Source of the DNA: Candidatus Doudnabacteria bacterium
Lineage (GTDB): Bacteria > Patescibacteriota > Doudnabacteria > UBA920 > O2-02-FULL-48-8
Length of the DNA: 64,000 nt
Assembly (NCBI GenBank): GCA_019659055.1
Contig: JAIFWV010000002.1
Span: 26,047 to 90,046, forward strand
Direction of reading: 5' to 3'
Part shown: piece after piece, positions 19,008 through 27,981 of the stretch
Layout: every line of letters begins with the position of its first letter
Position numbering within the stretch: position 1 is the stretch's first letter
The notes under the pieces: model-generated
Seen by the model: only the letters and a program-made list of their open reading frames with translations
What the model was told of the DNA's origin: nothing
Databases searched by the model: none
Made by a program: the position numbers and the translations under genes

Positions 19008-19575
19008 CTACGAGGAAAGGAGACGATATCTGAGGAACACCACATGTTGAGATCCTCGCTGCATTTCAGATCGGCTAAACCTTTCGCCGTCCTGCAGTCT
19101 GCGCCTCCTTGGAAGTTTGGAGAACTGAGCCACGATCATGCCTCCGATTTCCTCATCGCTCGGAGGATTGTCGGGATCATAGAGGGGTATCATGAGCGAG
19201 TATTCGCTCCTGAGAATCCTCTGGACTTCGTGCTGGTCATTACGAATAACACTGAGAAGCCGATCGCCAGACGATAGAATTTGCACCTCCTGGACTGGGA
19301 TTTCGGATGGAGTACCCAAGTTGAACTTTTTTTGGAGCTCACCTGCATCCGAAGTGTTGCATCCGACGAGCATCAGCTGTTTAGGGCCGAGTCCGGTCCT
19401 CTGTCTTTTCGTTGTCAGCACTTTTCCCCTCCTCGGGCAATATCGTCCGGTAAGACTTCGCCTCTCCTTGCAAAAAAAGTTGGATGTTGTCTCCTGGATA
19501 GAGTGCCATCAACTCTTGGATCTTCTCGGACGGGATGGATCCCGCGAAAGGATGACAATATTTTACAAGTCCCAT
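19008..19575 (-). pseudogene. Hypothetical gene apparently split by a 1-nt frameshift near 19422
   Basis: AGGAGG-preceded ORF 19381-19575 continues into ORF 19008-19421 if one base of GGGGAAAA is removed (EEGK|VLTTKRQ). Confidence 0.45.
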
Positions 19576-19669
19576 ATTCCTCCTCTTACGACTCCTAAGC
19601 TTATACTATATAAGAGCGTTTGTAAACCCTTGATGAATTAACAGTAAGCAACTATAATAATTCGGTCGG

Positions 19670-19743
19670 CGGGGTGTAGTATACCGGTAGTACGCGCCCA
19701 TGGGGTGGGTGTAGACAGGGTTCAATTCCCTGCACCCCGACCA
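19670..19743 (+). tRNA. tRNA-Pro(GGG)
   Basis: CGGGGTG acceptor/CACCCCG ACCA, anticodon loop ATGGGGT, T-loop GGTTCAATTCC. Confidence 0.92.
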
Positions 19744-19748
19744 AATAA

Positions 19749-19857
19749 CGCTCGCATTGATTGTAAATCTACCGGCCGTAAATTTCTGGTGAAATTTCGG
19801 CCTACTCGCTCGGACCAGTCGTCCTGCGCGGGTTAGATTTACAACAAAGCTCGCTAA
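19749..19857 (+). repeat. ~107-nt structured repeat element, copy 2 (immediately after tRNA-Pro)
   Basis: Reverse-complement homolog of 7131-7237. Confidence 0.8.
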
Positions 19858-20002
19858 TTTAATATTATTGTAATAAATAATTTAGAAAAAATCATCACTA
19901 TTTTGTGGTGATTTTTTCTTTGCAAAAAAAAGAGGCTCAAGACCTGCACGTATACCGTGCTAGATCGTGAGCCCCGCTTCTGGCCGAGGTGACCAGAGAT
20001 TG

Positions 20003-20185
20003 CTAACTTCCAAGAGGTGGCGCATCCATCCAGTAGTCTCCGACGTATTTCTTGCGCGGCGGCTTTTCCTGGATCGATCCGGGAGAGTTGATTTCCTCGG
20101 TCCGATACGCGAGCTGGTTTCCATCGCGAACCTTGCTACACTGCCGAATCGGAGGATCGTCGCTCTTCTTGTCAGTCTCGTCCAT
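20003..20185 (-). CDS. Small hypothetical protein
   Basis: AAAGGAG RBS before MDETDKK. Confidence 0.45.
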   Translation of the reverse strand: MDETDKKSDDPPIRQCSKVRDGNQLAYRTEEINSPGSIQEKPPRKKYVGDYWMDAPPLGS

Positions 20186-20210
20186 ACACACTCCTTTGGT
20201 GGAAACGTTG

Positions 20211-20378
20211 TCAGTCGTCGTCGAATGATTCTCCGCGACGGGGGTCGTCCTCACGCAACAGATTGGGATGAATGCGGCATGGCTTGCTGAAAGCGGAGAT
20301 ATCGGTCCTCGCAGACCGGCGGGTCGGTTTCGCCTCAGCCGATCGATGATCCGGAGGTGGTGAGTCTTTTTCTCTCAT
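20211..20378 (-). CDS. Small hypothetical protein (55 aa, absent from ORF track)
   Basis: TAAGGAG RBS; MREKDSPPPDHR...ESFDDD*. Confidence 0.4.
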   Translation of the reverse strand: MREKDSPPPDHRSAEAKPTRRSARTDISAFSKPCRIHPNLLREDDPRRGESFDDD

Positions 20379-20386
20379 ACTGCTCC

Positions 20387-20644
20387 TTAATCGTCATGAG
20401 GATGACGAAATCCTTCCGGGGGGCTTCGGCGCTGTCTCTTCGGTTTGGGTTCGCCGTCGCGCCGCCGTTTGAGATGTTCGATCCGCAAGCTATAGACCCG
20501 GACGACATCGTCCTGGCCGAGCTTGCCGGCTCGCAAGATTTTCCTCGCCAGCCGTTCGATCTGCGGCTGAATACCGCGGACGGTGTTCAATGACGGCCTG
20601 CGGCGGCCATCTGATTCGAGCGTATGCGCTGACCAGCAGCTCAT
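20387..20644 (-). CDS. Small basic hypothetical protein
   Basis: Tightly packed in operon; AAGGAG upstream. Confidence 0.45.
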   Translation of the reverse strand: MSCWSAHTLESDGRRRPSLNTVRGIQPQIERLARKILRAGKLGQDDVVRVYSLRIEHLKRRRDGEPKPKRQRRSPPEGFRHPHDD

Positions 20645-20646
20645 CC

Positions 20647-20946
20647 TTAGATCTCCTTTTGCGGGATTATCCGAACCAGATCAAACTTGCAGTCCTCGTC
20701 GTCTACCAGCAGCGGTTCGTACCGGAAGAATTCTCCTTGCAGGTACAGTTGCGTATGACCTCCTGGGTCTGAGGCCAGGATGAGGATTTCACCCGGCCGG
20801 CAAAAACGGTTCAGTTCAGTGTGGCAGGTGTAGTTGAGCCCTCTGTTTGATTTGCGTATGCCGTCTGCGGCAATCGCAAGCTGTCGCGAGCGCGTTTCGT
20901 TCTCGTTTGCCGTCTGGCGCGCTAGTCGATCTTGTCGGACAACCAT
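20647..20946 (-). CDS. Hypothetical protein
   Basis: AAGGAGG RBS before MVVRQD. Confidence 0.55.
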   Translation of the reverse strand: MVVRQDRLARQTANENETRSRQLAIAADGIRKSNRGLNYTCHTELNRFCRPGEILILASDPGGHTQLYLQGEFFRYEPLLVDDEDCKFDLVRIIPQKEI

Positions 20947-21294
20947 TGCAGAATCCTCCTTGGACTCGTTTCGAATTTGTAGGTTCAAATTTTGTAAGAC
21001 AAAAATTTATCTCACAGAGTTTGGACCACAAGCGATAAAAAATCCGACCAGGTGGTCGGTTCATCATAGTTTTCGCTTTAAGCTTGGCAATTAGCGTTTT
21101 CTATATGAACCGACATGCACGGGGACGTAATCAAACTTAACCATGCCCAAAATAATTTGGGTGAGTCGAGTCAATGCGTTGTGCAGAAGGTTTTTCATAT
21201 AGTTATCAACAAACCTAGTATAAGTTTAACAATAATAATGCTCTGCGTCAAATGAAAAGACCAAGAACTTGAGTGTTCCTGGTCTTTTTAGCTC

Positions 21295-21492
21295 TCAGAG
21301 CCAAAGCGATTCCGATTTGGGTAGTTGCGCCAACCCGGTCTTGTTTGCAGAAACCGTACCGGCGCTGGGACACCTGGTTTCGTTCATCTGCTCGGCGCTC
21401 TCGTGAACGTCGCCGCAAGCCAGACATTTACGCTTGCCGCTGTCTCCAACCTTGATACTTCCCTTGAGCGTACCACAACTTTGAGCAACCAT
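21295..21492 (-). CDS. Small Cys-rich (zinc-ribbon-like) protein
   Basis: AAGGAGGAG RBS; C..CLAC..H..C. Confidence 0.55.
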   Translation of the reverse strand: MVAQSCGTLKGSIKVGDSGKRKCLACGDVHESAEQMNETRCPSAGTVSANKTGLAQLPKSESLWL

Positions 21493-21501
21493 GACTCCTC
21501 C

Positions 21502-21645
21502 TTAATTCTGACACTTCGTTTCGACTTCCAAGACATGGCAGAAATTTTGTCTCTGACAAGTCATGCAAAGCCAGTAGCGGCCGATCTTTACGCAATTTTT
21601 ATGTGGGCCGATTTCGATGATCCGAATCTCATCTCGTGTCTTCAA
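21502..21645 (-). CDS. 47-aa Cys-rich microprotein (absent from ORF track)
   Basis: GAGGAGGAGGAG RBS, TTG start; MKTRDEIRIIEIGPHKNCVKIGRYWLCMTCQRQNFCHVLEVETKCQN. Confidence 0.55.
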   Translation of the reverse strand: MKTRDEIRIIEIGPHKNCVKIGRYWLCMTCQRQNFCHVLEVETKCQN

Positions 21646-21662
21646 TCTCCTCCTCCTCTTAA

Positions 21663-21854
21663 TTATTCTTTGTAAGCTTGAACCGCAAGATTGGCTGACC
21701 TTTGAGCATTCTTATCGGACAACCCGACTGATCGCTCGTGGTTGTAGAGCAGCAACCACAAGTCTTTCTTTTTCCCGGACAAGTAATTAGGCGGCCAAGT
21801 TCGGCTCTCACTGACCGAGTTGTTCATTACTCGGAGCGTTGCTAAATCCCACAT
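21663..21854 (-). CDS. Small hypothetical protein
   Basis: AAGGAGG RBS; operonic packing. Confidence 0.45.
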   Translation of the reverse strand: MWDLATLRVMNNSVSESRTWPPNYLSGKKKDLWLLLYNHERSVGLSDKNAQRSANLAVQAYKE

Positions 21855-21865
21855 CCATGTCCTCC

Positions 21866-22109
21866 TTACCAGCCGTTTCCGAGATAAATGTTCACCGGCA
21901 GACGATCCGGGTTAAATCGAATTAGATTGTAATCGCCGTACTGACCCTTGCCGAGTTTGTGTATGAGTTTCATCAGATCTCTGGCTAAATTACGGGCGCC
22001 AAAGATCCTCCTGGGCCACGAAATCCAAAAACTCTTCGCAATCGGCGTATTGGGGCGGGCCACACCTTGAACTTGCCATAATCCTAAAAAACGTTAGACG
22101 GTAATGCAT
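21866..22109 (-). pseudogene. Small gene with apparent +1 frameshift in a T6 run (22086-22091)
   Basis: AAGGAGG-ATG (22109) MHYRLTF joins LGLWQVQGVARPN...LGNGW if one T is removed. Confidence 0.4.
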
Positions 22110-22282
22110 AGTTCCTCCTTGTAAACAAAAACACCGGCCGCAATGGTCGGTGTGAAGTTTCAATTTCAAATGAAAACTTACCCGGCCAGTGCGTCGGTAT
22201 AAAAGTAAAACCAGAATGAATTAGCCGAATGAATTTTCATAGTATAGTAATTATACACCCAAGTGCTGTCGCTTGTCAAAAA

Positions 22283-23167
22283 TTATTCCAATTTATGGAC
22301 CTTGTCCATGAATGCATCCAATTCTTCTTTGCTGAAAAATTCAATCATGATTTTGCCGGACTCACCCGTTTTCTGGACTTTGACCTTGGTTCCCAATTTC
22401 CCGCGGAGTTCGTTCTCTATAGCCATTGTTTCCGGATCACTGGAAGTCTTCGGGGCTTTGATCATTTTGGGCCTCTGCATGATTTCGCGGGCTTTTTCTT
22501 CTACTTGCCGGACTGTAAGCATATCGGAAACCACCAACTCAAACAGTGCCAGCTGTTTTTCCATTCCGACCACTCCCAGGATTGCCCGGCCGTGCCCTTC
22601 GGAGATAATTCCTTCGGCTATCGCCCTCTGGATTTTGAGCGGCAGGTTGAGCAAACGCAAAGTGTTGGCGACTGTCGTACGGTTTTTCCCCATTTTCTGC
22701 GCCACTTGCTCTTGCGTCATACTATATGCCTCCATGAGCTGTTTGTATGCCGTCGCCTCTTCGATCGGGTCGAGATTGTGTCTCTGAATGTTCTCAATCA
22801 GCGCTAGCTCCAGCTGGAGCTGTTCGGTCATGGCATCGCGCACGATTGCGGGGACTTTCGCAAGGCCTGCAATCTTAGACGCCCGCAAGCGGCGCTCCCC
22901 GACTATCAATTGATAATTACCATCTCCCGTCGGGATGACCACGAGGGGCTGGAGGATACCGTGTTGCTTGATCGAAGTCGCCAGTTCATCAAGATTTTCC
23001 TCGCGGAAAATCTTACGCGGTTGCCACGGATTAGGTTTGATGAGGTTTATGTCGATTTCGGTAAAATGCTCGGGCAAAAGCGCCACCGGCGTCCCCGGCG
23101 GGTCAGTAACCGGCAAGCTTGCCGAAAGTTCATTTGAAAGTATTGATTGTGGGGTGTTTTCTTCCAT
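22283..23167 (-). CDS. parB: ParB/Spo0J partition protein
   Basis: PNPWQPRK..GILQPL..GERRLRA..ENIQR..LDPIEEA, HTH. Confidence 0.95.
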   Translation of the reverse strand: MEENTPQSILSNELSASLPVTDPPGTPVALLPEHFTEIDINLIKPNPWQPRKIFREENLDELATSIKQHGILQPLVVIPTGDGNYQLIVGERRLRASKIAGLAKVPAIVRDAMTEQLQLELALIENIQRHNLDPIEEATAYKQLMEAYSMTQEQVAQKMGKNRTTVANTLRLLNLPLKIQRAIAEGIISEGHGRAILGVVGMEKQLALFELVVSDMLTVRQVEEKAREIMQRPKMIKAPKTSSDPETMAIENELRGKLGTKVKVQKTGESGKIMIEFFSKEELDAFMDKVHKLE

Positions 23168-23190
23168 CAGGATTCCTTATAACGATTATA

Positions 23191-23934
23191 TCACGTCGGC
23201 TTCAAAAGCGAATAAATCTTATCCTCAAGTTTGTAGAATTCAGGAGACCTTAGGTTTCTGGGTCGAGGCAGAGTGTTATTTATAATCTTAAGCACGTGCC
23301 CCGGCCGTCCGGATAAAACTGCAATCCGATCGGACAGCTCCAATGCTTCCTGAATGATATGTGAGACCATAATGATGGTAAGCTTGCGTTTATGCCATAT
23401 CTCAAGTAATTCCCGGCGGAGGGTTTCCGCGCTGAAGTAATCGAGCTCCGAGAACGGTTCGTCCAAAAACAAAATTTTGGGATCTGTGGCCATGGCCCGG
23501 GCAATTCCCACGCGCTGGCGCATACCTCCCGAAAGTTCGTGCGGAAAAGATTCCGAAAATTTCTGCAAACCAAACTGCTCGAGTTCCCGCCGAACTACTT
23601 CCTTGCGTTCGGCTTCGGGAATATTGCGGCCAATCAATCCGAGCTCGATATTCTCATAAACTGTCAGCCAAGGCAGAAGCGCAAACTGTTGGAAGACAAA
23701 GCCAAGATCAGACGGATTAATACTCGGCAAGGTGTAGACTTGCCCTTCGAAATCCGTATCCAATCCCGAGAGGGCACGCAAAATCGTCGACTTGCCTGAA
23801 CCAGAAGGGCCGACAATTACAAAAAACTCGCCTTCAGTAATGGACAGGTCGATGTTCTCGAGCGCCAAAAGATGCTTCCCTGGAGCCTCTTGGTAAAATT
23901 TAGTCAGATTGGTTGTTTTGATTATGGGTTTCAT
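23191..23934 (-). CDS. ABC transporter ATP-binding protein (NitT/TauT family)
   Basis: GPSGSGKST, LSGGMRQR, LDEPF, VSH. Confidence 0.92.
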   Translation of the reverse strand: MKPIIKTTNLTKFYQEAPGKHLLALENIDLSITEGEFFVIVGPSGSGKSTILRALSGLDTDFEGQVYTLPSINPSDLGFVFQQFALLPWLTVYENIELGLIGRNIPEAERKEVVRRELEQFGLQKFSESFPHELSGGMRQRVGIARAMATDPKILFLDEPFSELDYFSAETLRRELLEIWHKRKLTIIMVSHIIQEALELSDRIAVLSGRPGHVLKIINNTLPRPRNLRSPEFYKLEDKIYSLLKPT

Positions 23935-24666
23935 TTATTCCTCGAGCATGACATGACTCTTCTCAAGCAAAGGCGTCCAAATAATTTTATTTATAGAAAA
24001 CACGATCAAGAGCAGGCCGAGAATACCAAAAAAAGTGATCGTTGGATGTGTGCTGAATCTTTGAAAAAAAGTTCCCAACCCCGGTTTGACGTTCACGATA
24101 ATTTCTGTGGCGATCAGGGCCTCCCAGCCTTCGCCGAGGCTTATAATCGATCCGGTGATCAAACCCGGTACGGTTACTGGCCAGAGAAAATATCGAAAAT
24201 AATTCCATCCGGATAATCTCGACATCTCAGCCGCTTCCACCCAATCTTTGCGTACGAGCTTCAAGGATGAGATGACATTGAAACAAATCGGCCAGACGAT
24301 AGTGATCGTGAGAAAAAAAATGACGGTAAAATTCGTAGCCCCCCAATAATAAGCAGCAAACGGGACTGCGGCAAAAATCGGAAAGCTCTGCAGGACATCA
24401 AAAAGCGGCAAGGCCACATGAGAACGGGAACCCCGATAAAACAACGCCGCTAAACACCAGCCCAACGCGGCGGCAAGAATGTATGCGGCCAAAAGCCGGA
24501 AAATCGAGATGAAAACATCATAGAATAGCTCCCCTGTGGCAATCTTTACGACTTTAGAGAAAAATAGCAAAAATAAAAAAGGCAGAGCGACAATTAAGAT
24601 CGTAGCCACCAAATGTGCCCGGCTCCGGTAAATTTTCATTCGATTTCGGTTTCTATGATTTTGCAT
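23935..24666 (-). CDS. ABC transporter permease (NitT/TauT family)
   Basis: Multiple TMs, EAA motif, WEALIATE; start 24666 or 24639. Confidence 0.88.
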   Translation of the reverse strand: MQNHRNRNRMKIYRSRAHLVATILIVALPFLFLLFFSKVVKIATGELFYDVFISIFRLLAAYILAAALGWCLAALFYRGSRSHVALPLFDVLQSFPIFAAVPFAAYYWGATNFTVIFFLTITIVWPICFNVISSLKLVRKDWVEAAEMSRLSGWNYFRYFLWPVTVPGLITGSIISLGEGWEALIATEIIVNVKPGLGTFFQRFSTHPTITFFGILGLLLIVFSINKIIWTPLLEKSHVMLEE

Positions 24667-24677
24667 TTTTTGTCCCG

Positions 24678-24747
24678 TACAAATGGTGCCGCTGGTCGGA
24701 ATCGAACCGACATGGCCGTAAGGCCACACGATTTTGAGTCGTGCGTG
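24678..24747 (-). repeat. 70-bp tandem duplicate of tRNA-Leu 3' portion
   Basis: Identical to 24766-24835; includes anticodon arm, T arm and CCA but lacks 5' acceptor strand/D loop. Confidence 0.9.
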
Positions 24748-24771
24748 CCCCGCACCAGCAATCTATACAAA

Positions 24772-24858
24772 TGGTGCCGCTGGTCGGAATCGAACCGACA
24801 TGGCCGTAAGGCCACACGATTTTGAGTCGTGCGTGTCTGCCAGTTCCACCACAGCGGC
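24772..24858 (-). tRNA. tRNA-Leu(CAA)
   Basis: GCCGCTG..GGCAGACACG..CTCAAAA loop, long variable arm, GGTTCGATTCC, CAGCGGCACCA. Confidence 0.95.
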
Positions 24859-24980
24859 CCCATTTGAATACATTGTATTTGCGGTGCGGGGTAAATCTGC
24901 CAGCCTGCCCCGTAGTGAAGCTTTGCTTCTACTACCAGGGTTCCACTTACCGCGGCCCCATCTGTAAACGACAACCTATT

Positions 24981-25487
24981 CTAACTCGAAATGGGTTTTT
25001 TGAAAAGGCCGCGCAAAGCGGCGGCAATGACCGCGGCGATGATAACACTGGCCGCAATATCAATAGGAAAATGTACGCCGACATATACCCGCGCCAGCGA
25101 GCCCAATGACGCCAGGATTATAAACGGCCAAAAATATTTTGTGCCGTAGAATGCAAACGCAAAACTAAAATAAATTACTGTATGACCGGAGGGAAAAGAC
25201 ATGCCATGCTCATTGTCTGCTAAGAGCTGATGAATATTGGCCACGATTTCATAGGGTCTGGGATGATTTACGATCCTTTTGATGACCTCCACGATAAAAA
25301 GACGGGAAACCGCAGCGGCCAATACCGCCAAATAAACATGGGTTCTAAGTCGCTTATCCAGCCACAAGGCCACAATGATAATGGCAAAAACATATAAAAA
25401 TTTCTCAGCAAAAAAGACTCCCAATGTATCGAAGAATTGGGATCGGCCGGCTAATCCATTGATTGCAAGAAAAATTTGTTGGTTCAT
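24981..25487 (-). CDS. PAP2 phosphatase (undecaprenyl-diphosphatase BcrC-like)
   Basis: K..RP, SFPSGH, ARVYVGVHFPID. Confidence 0.9.
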   Translation of the reverse strand: MNQQIFLAINGLAGRSQFFDTLGVFFAEKFLYVFAIIIVALWLDKRLRTHVYLAVLAAAVSRLFIVEVIKRIVNHPRPYEIVANIHQLLADNEHGMSFPSGHTVIYFSFAFAFYGTKYFWPFIILASLGSLARVYVGVHFPIDIAASVIIAAVIAAALRGLFKKPISS

Positions 25488-25494
25488 ATACGGA

Positions 25495-25564
25495 ACCACT
25501 TCGAGCGATTAGCGAGAAGTCTAGGTGTTAAATACCGAGATCTCTCACGTTCGTTCGAGATGGG
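25495..25564. repeat. REP-like repeat family B copy 1
   Basis: accacttcgagcgattagcgagaagtct..agatctctcacgttcgttcgagatggg; near-identical at 32179-32247. Confidence 0.85.
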
Positions 25565-25571
25565 CTTAATG

Positions 25572-26807
25572 CTATAGACCAGGTGCTGGGAAATTCTTAG
25601 CAAATCTCTTGACCTCGTCTTTCACTTGCAATGCTATTGAGTGATCAGTAATCACAGCGGCAATCCACGAGGCGATCTTGCTCATTTCTTTTTCTTTCAT
25701 GCCGCGGCTCGTGACTGCGGCTGTCCCTAACCGCAGACCAGAAGGATCCATGGGCGACCGCTTATCAAAAGGAATCATATTGCGATTAAGTACGATCCCG
25801 GCCGATTCCAAAAGATTCTGAGCATCTTTGCCGCCAATATTTTTGTTGGTCAGATCCATCAGGATCAGATGGTTATCGGTCCCGTCGGAAACGAGTCGGA
25901 ACCCAAAATCCTGCAGGCTTCTGGCTAAGGCGCGGCTGTTTTTGACGATTTGTTCTGCATATTTGCGGAAACCGGCACTGCGCGCCTCCTTCATGGCGAC
26001 TGCAATTCCAGCAATAGCATTTTCATGAGGACCGCCCTGCATGCCAGGGAACACGGCCTTATCAATAGAGGTTGCAAATTTATCTTTGCACATGATTATG
26101 CCGGCGCGCGGACCGCGGAGCGTTTTATGGGTAGTCGTAGTTACGACATCGAAAAACGGAATTGGCGACTGATGGACGCCAGCCGCAACCAATCCCGCGA
26201 TATGGGAAATATCCGCCATCGAAATGGCATTGACCTTCTCGGCTATCTCGTGAAATTTTTTGAAATCAATTTCACGCGGGTAGGCTGTGAACCCGGATAG
26301 AATTAAACGCGGACGAGTCCGGTCTGCAAGCTTTAGGATCTCAACGTAGTCCAAGCGTTCAGTTTTGGGATTGACGCCATAATGAACAAAGTTATATTGC
26401 TTTCCCGAAAAATTAACTTTGGAACCATGCGTAAGGTGCCCACCATGAGCCAAATCCAAAGCTAGAATCGTATCTCCAGGATTGAGCAGGCCCGCATAAA
26501 CTTCCAAGTTCATAGGACTGCCCGAGTACGGCTGGACATTTACATGCCAATCGATAGGTAATTCAAAGCCTTCTTTTACACGTTCAATTGCCAGACGCTC
26601 GACATCGTCGATAACTTCGTTGCCGGCATAATATCTTTTGCCCGGGTAGCCTTCGGCGTATTTGTTATTGAGCACCGACCCGAGGGCTTCCAGGACTTCA
26701 TCCGAAACATAATTTTCCGAAGCGATCAATTCCAAAACTTCGGATTGCCTTTTCCGTTCTCTTTGGATGAGATCATAAACTTGTGGATCAGACTTTTTTA
26801 AACCCAT
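25572..26807 (-). CDS. glyA: Serine hydroxymethyltransferase
   Basis: LIASEN, NKYAEGYPG, GGHLTHG, TTTTHKTLRGPR. Confidence 0.98.
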   Translation of the reverse strand: MGLKKSDPQVYDLIQRERKRQSEVLELIASENYVSDEVLEALGSVLNNKYAEGYPGKRYYAGNEVIDDVERLAIERVKEGFELPIDWHVNVQPYSGSPMNLEVYAGLLNPGDTILALDLAHGGHLTHGSKVNFSGKQYNFVHYGVNPKTERLDYVEILKLADRTRPRLILSGFTAYPREIDFKKFHEIAEKVNAISMADISHIAGLVAAGVHQSPIPFFDVVTTTTHKTLRGPRAGIIMCKDKFATSIDKAVFPGMQGGPHENAIAGIAVAMKEARSAGFRKYAEQIVKNSRALARSLQDFGFRLVSDGTDNHLILMDLTNKNIGGKDAQNLLESAGIVLNRNMIPFDKRSPMDPSGLRLGTAAVTSRGMKEKEMSKIASWIAAVITDHSIALQVKDEVKRFAKNFPAPGL

Positions 26808-27978
26808 TGGCTTTTATCTTAGTGGTTAGTAAAGCGTAAAAAAGCGTGAGGACTCCTGCAAACACGAACACTAAATAAATATTATGCGTCAATTTGAGAA
26901 TGATAATAGAGGCTAAAGCCGTAACGATTTTACCCATCGATAAACTAAATTCGACAAAAGTCGAATAGACCAAGGTGAACGCTTTATCTCTTTGCCTGGC
27001 CGTCTCGAAAGTTAGGCTCACCAGAGGTATATTGATCAGGCCCTTGCCGATCTTGGTCATAGTGTCAAAAATCAGAACAGACACTGCGTTGATTGCCGTA
27101 AACCGGAAAAACCAGGTCAGGGCATAAAAAAATGAAACTTCGCCGGTGAGCTTGCTCTTATCCGTATGATCGGCGAGCCTGCCTATGTACAACATTAGCA
27201 CGCAGGCAACCAGACTGGCAAATGTCGTAATCAACCCGACTCCGAAGAGTTGGCCTAAGATAATATACATCAGAACCGGCCATAAACTCATGAGCATCAG
27301 ATCTTCGGCATACCCAAAGTAACCAAAAAAATTCCGGGGATTTTGGGTAACAAAATACAAGAGCTGGCGTACGCGAAAGCTTCCGCTAAATTTGACTTCG
27401 CTGGTAAAAAATAGTGGGATCGAAGAGAGAATCATCATCGTCCCCGCGGCAAGGAACAAATAATAAAATCCGAAACTCTGGGAAATAATTCCACCCAAGA
27501 ACGGTCCGACTATATAAGCCAAATCAACTAAAACCATAATCATCCCCACTTGCCGGCCACGTTCACTGCGATTACTGGCAAGCGAAGTCAAAGTATTGAA
27601 CGCGGGCCAGAGAAAAGATTTTTGGATCGCAAATAAGATTGGGGTTGCGATAAACAACCATGGGTGATTACCAATCAGGAATAATCCAATCCAGTACAAA
27701 AGGTAAAAACAATTTCCCAAAAGGATTGAATGCTTGAGTCCGAAGCGATGAGCAAATTTTGCCCCAAGCATCATGAGCACGCAGTACCAGCAATAGACCT
27801 GAACATAAAACCACATGAGTGAGACAAGATTGAACCCTAGATGGTAAAGATAAATTGGTTCAAAGATGTACGCCAGCGATAACCCAAAACCATTGAGCAT
27901 GGTAAACCAGTAGATCTGTTTGACCTCGCGGTTGGGTTTATATGAAAAATAGTGCGGGTGCGGAATTGAAAAAAACAT
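26788..27978 (-). CDS. MFS transporter
   Basis: ~12 hydrophobic segments, G.LADH motif. Confidence 0.85.
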   Translation of the reverse strand: MFFSIPHPHYFSYKPNREVKQIYWFTMLNGFGLSLAYIFEPIYLYHLGFNLVSLMWFYVQVYCWYCVLMMLGAKFAHRFGLKHSILLGNCFYLLYWIGLFLIGNHPWLFIATPILFAIQKSFLWPAFNTLTSLASNRSERGRQVGMIMVLVDLAYIVGPFLGGIISQSFGFYYLFLAAGTMMILSSIPLFFTSEVKFSGSFRVRQLLYFVTQNPRNFFGYFGYAEDLMLMSLWPVLMYIILGQLFGVGLITTFASLVACVLMLYIGRLADHTDKSKLTGEVSFFYALTWFFRFTAINAVSVLIFDTMTKIGKGLINIPLVSLTFETARQRDKAFTLVYSTFVEFSLSMGKIVTALASIIILKLTHNIYLVFVFAGVLTLFYALLTTKIKANGFKKV

Positions 27979-27981
27979 TTA

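Noticed and set aside
19740-22280. Prophage or integrative element at tRNA-Pro
   Set aside because: No integrase, no phage structural genes, no tRNA 3' direct repeat found
22100-23300. parS site near parB
   Set aside because: No TGTTTCACGTGAAACA-like palindrome seen; parA also not adjacent
24684-24747. Second functional tRNA-Leu
   Set aside because: Lacks the 5' acceptor strand and D loop
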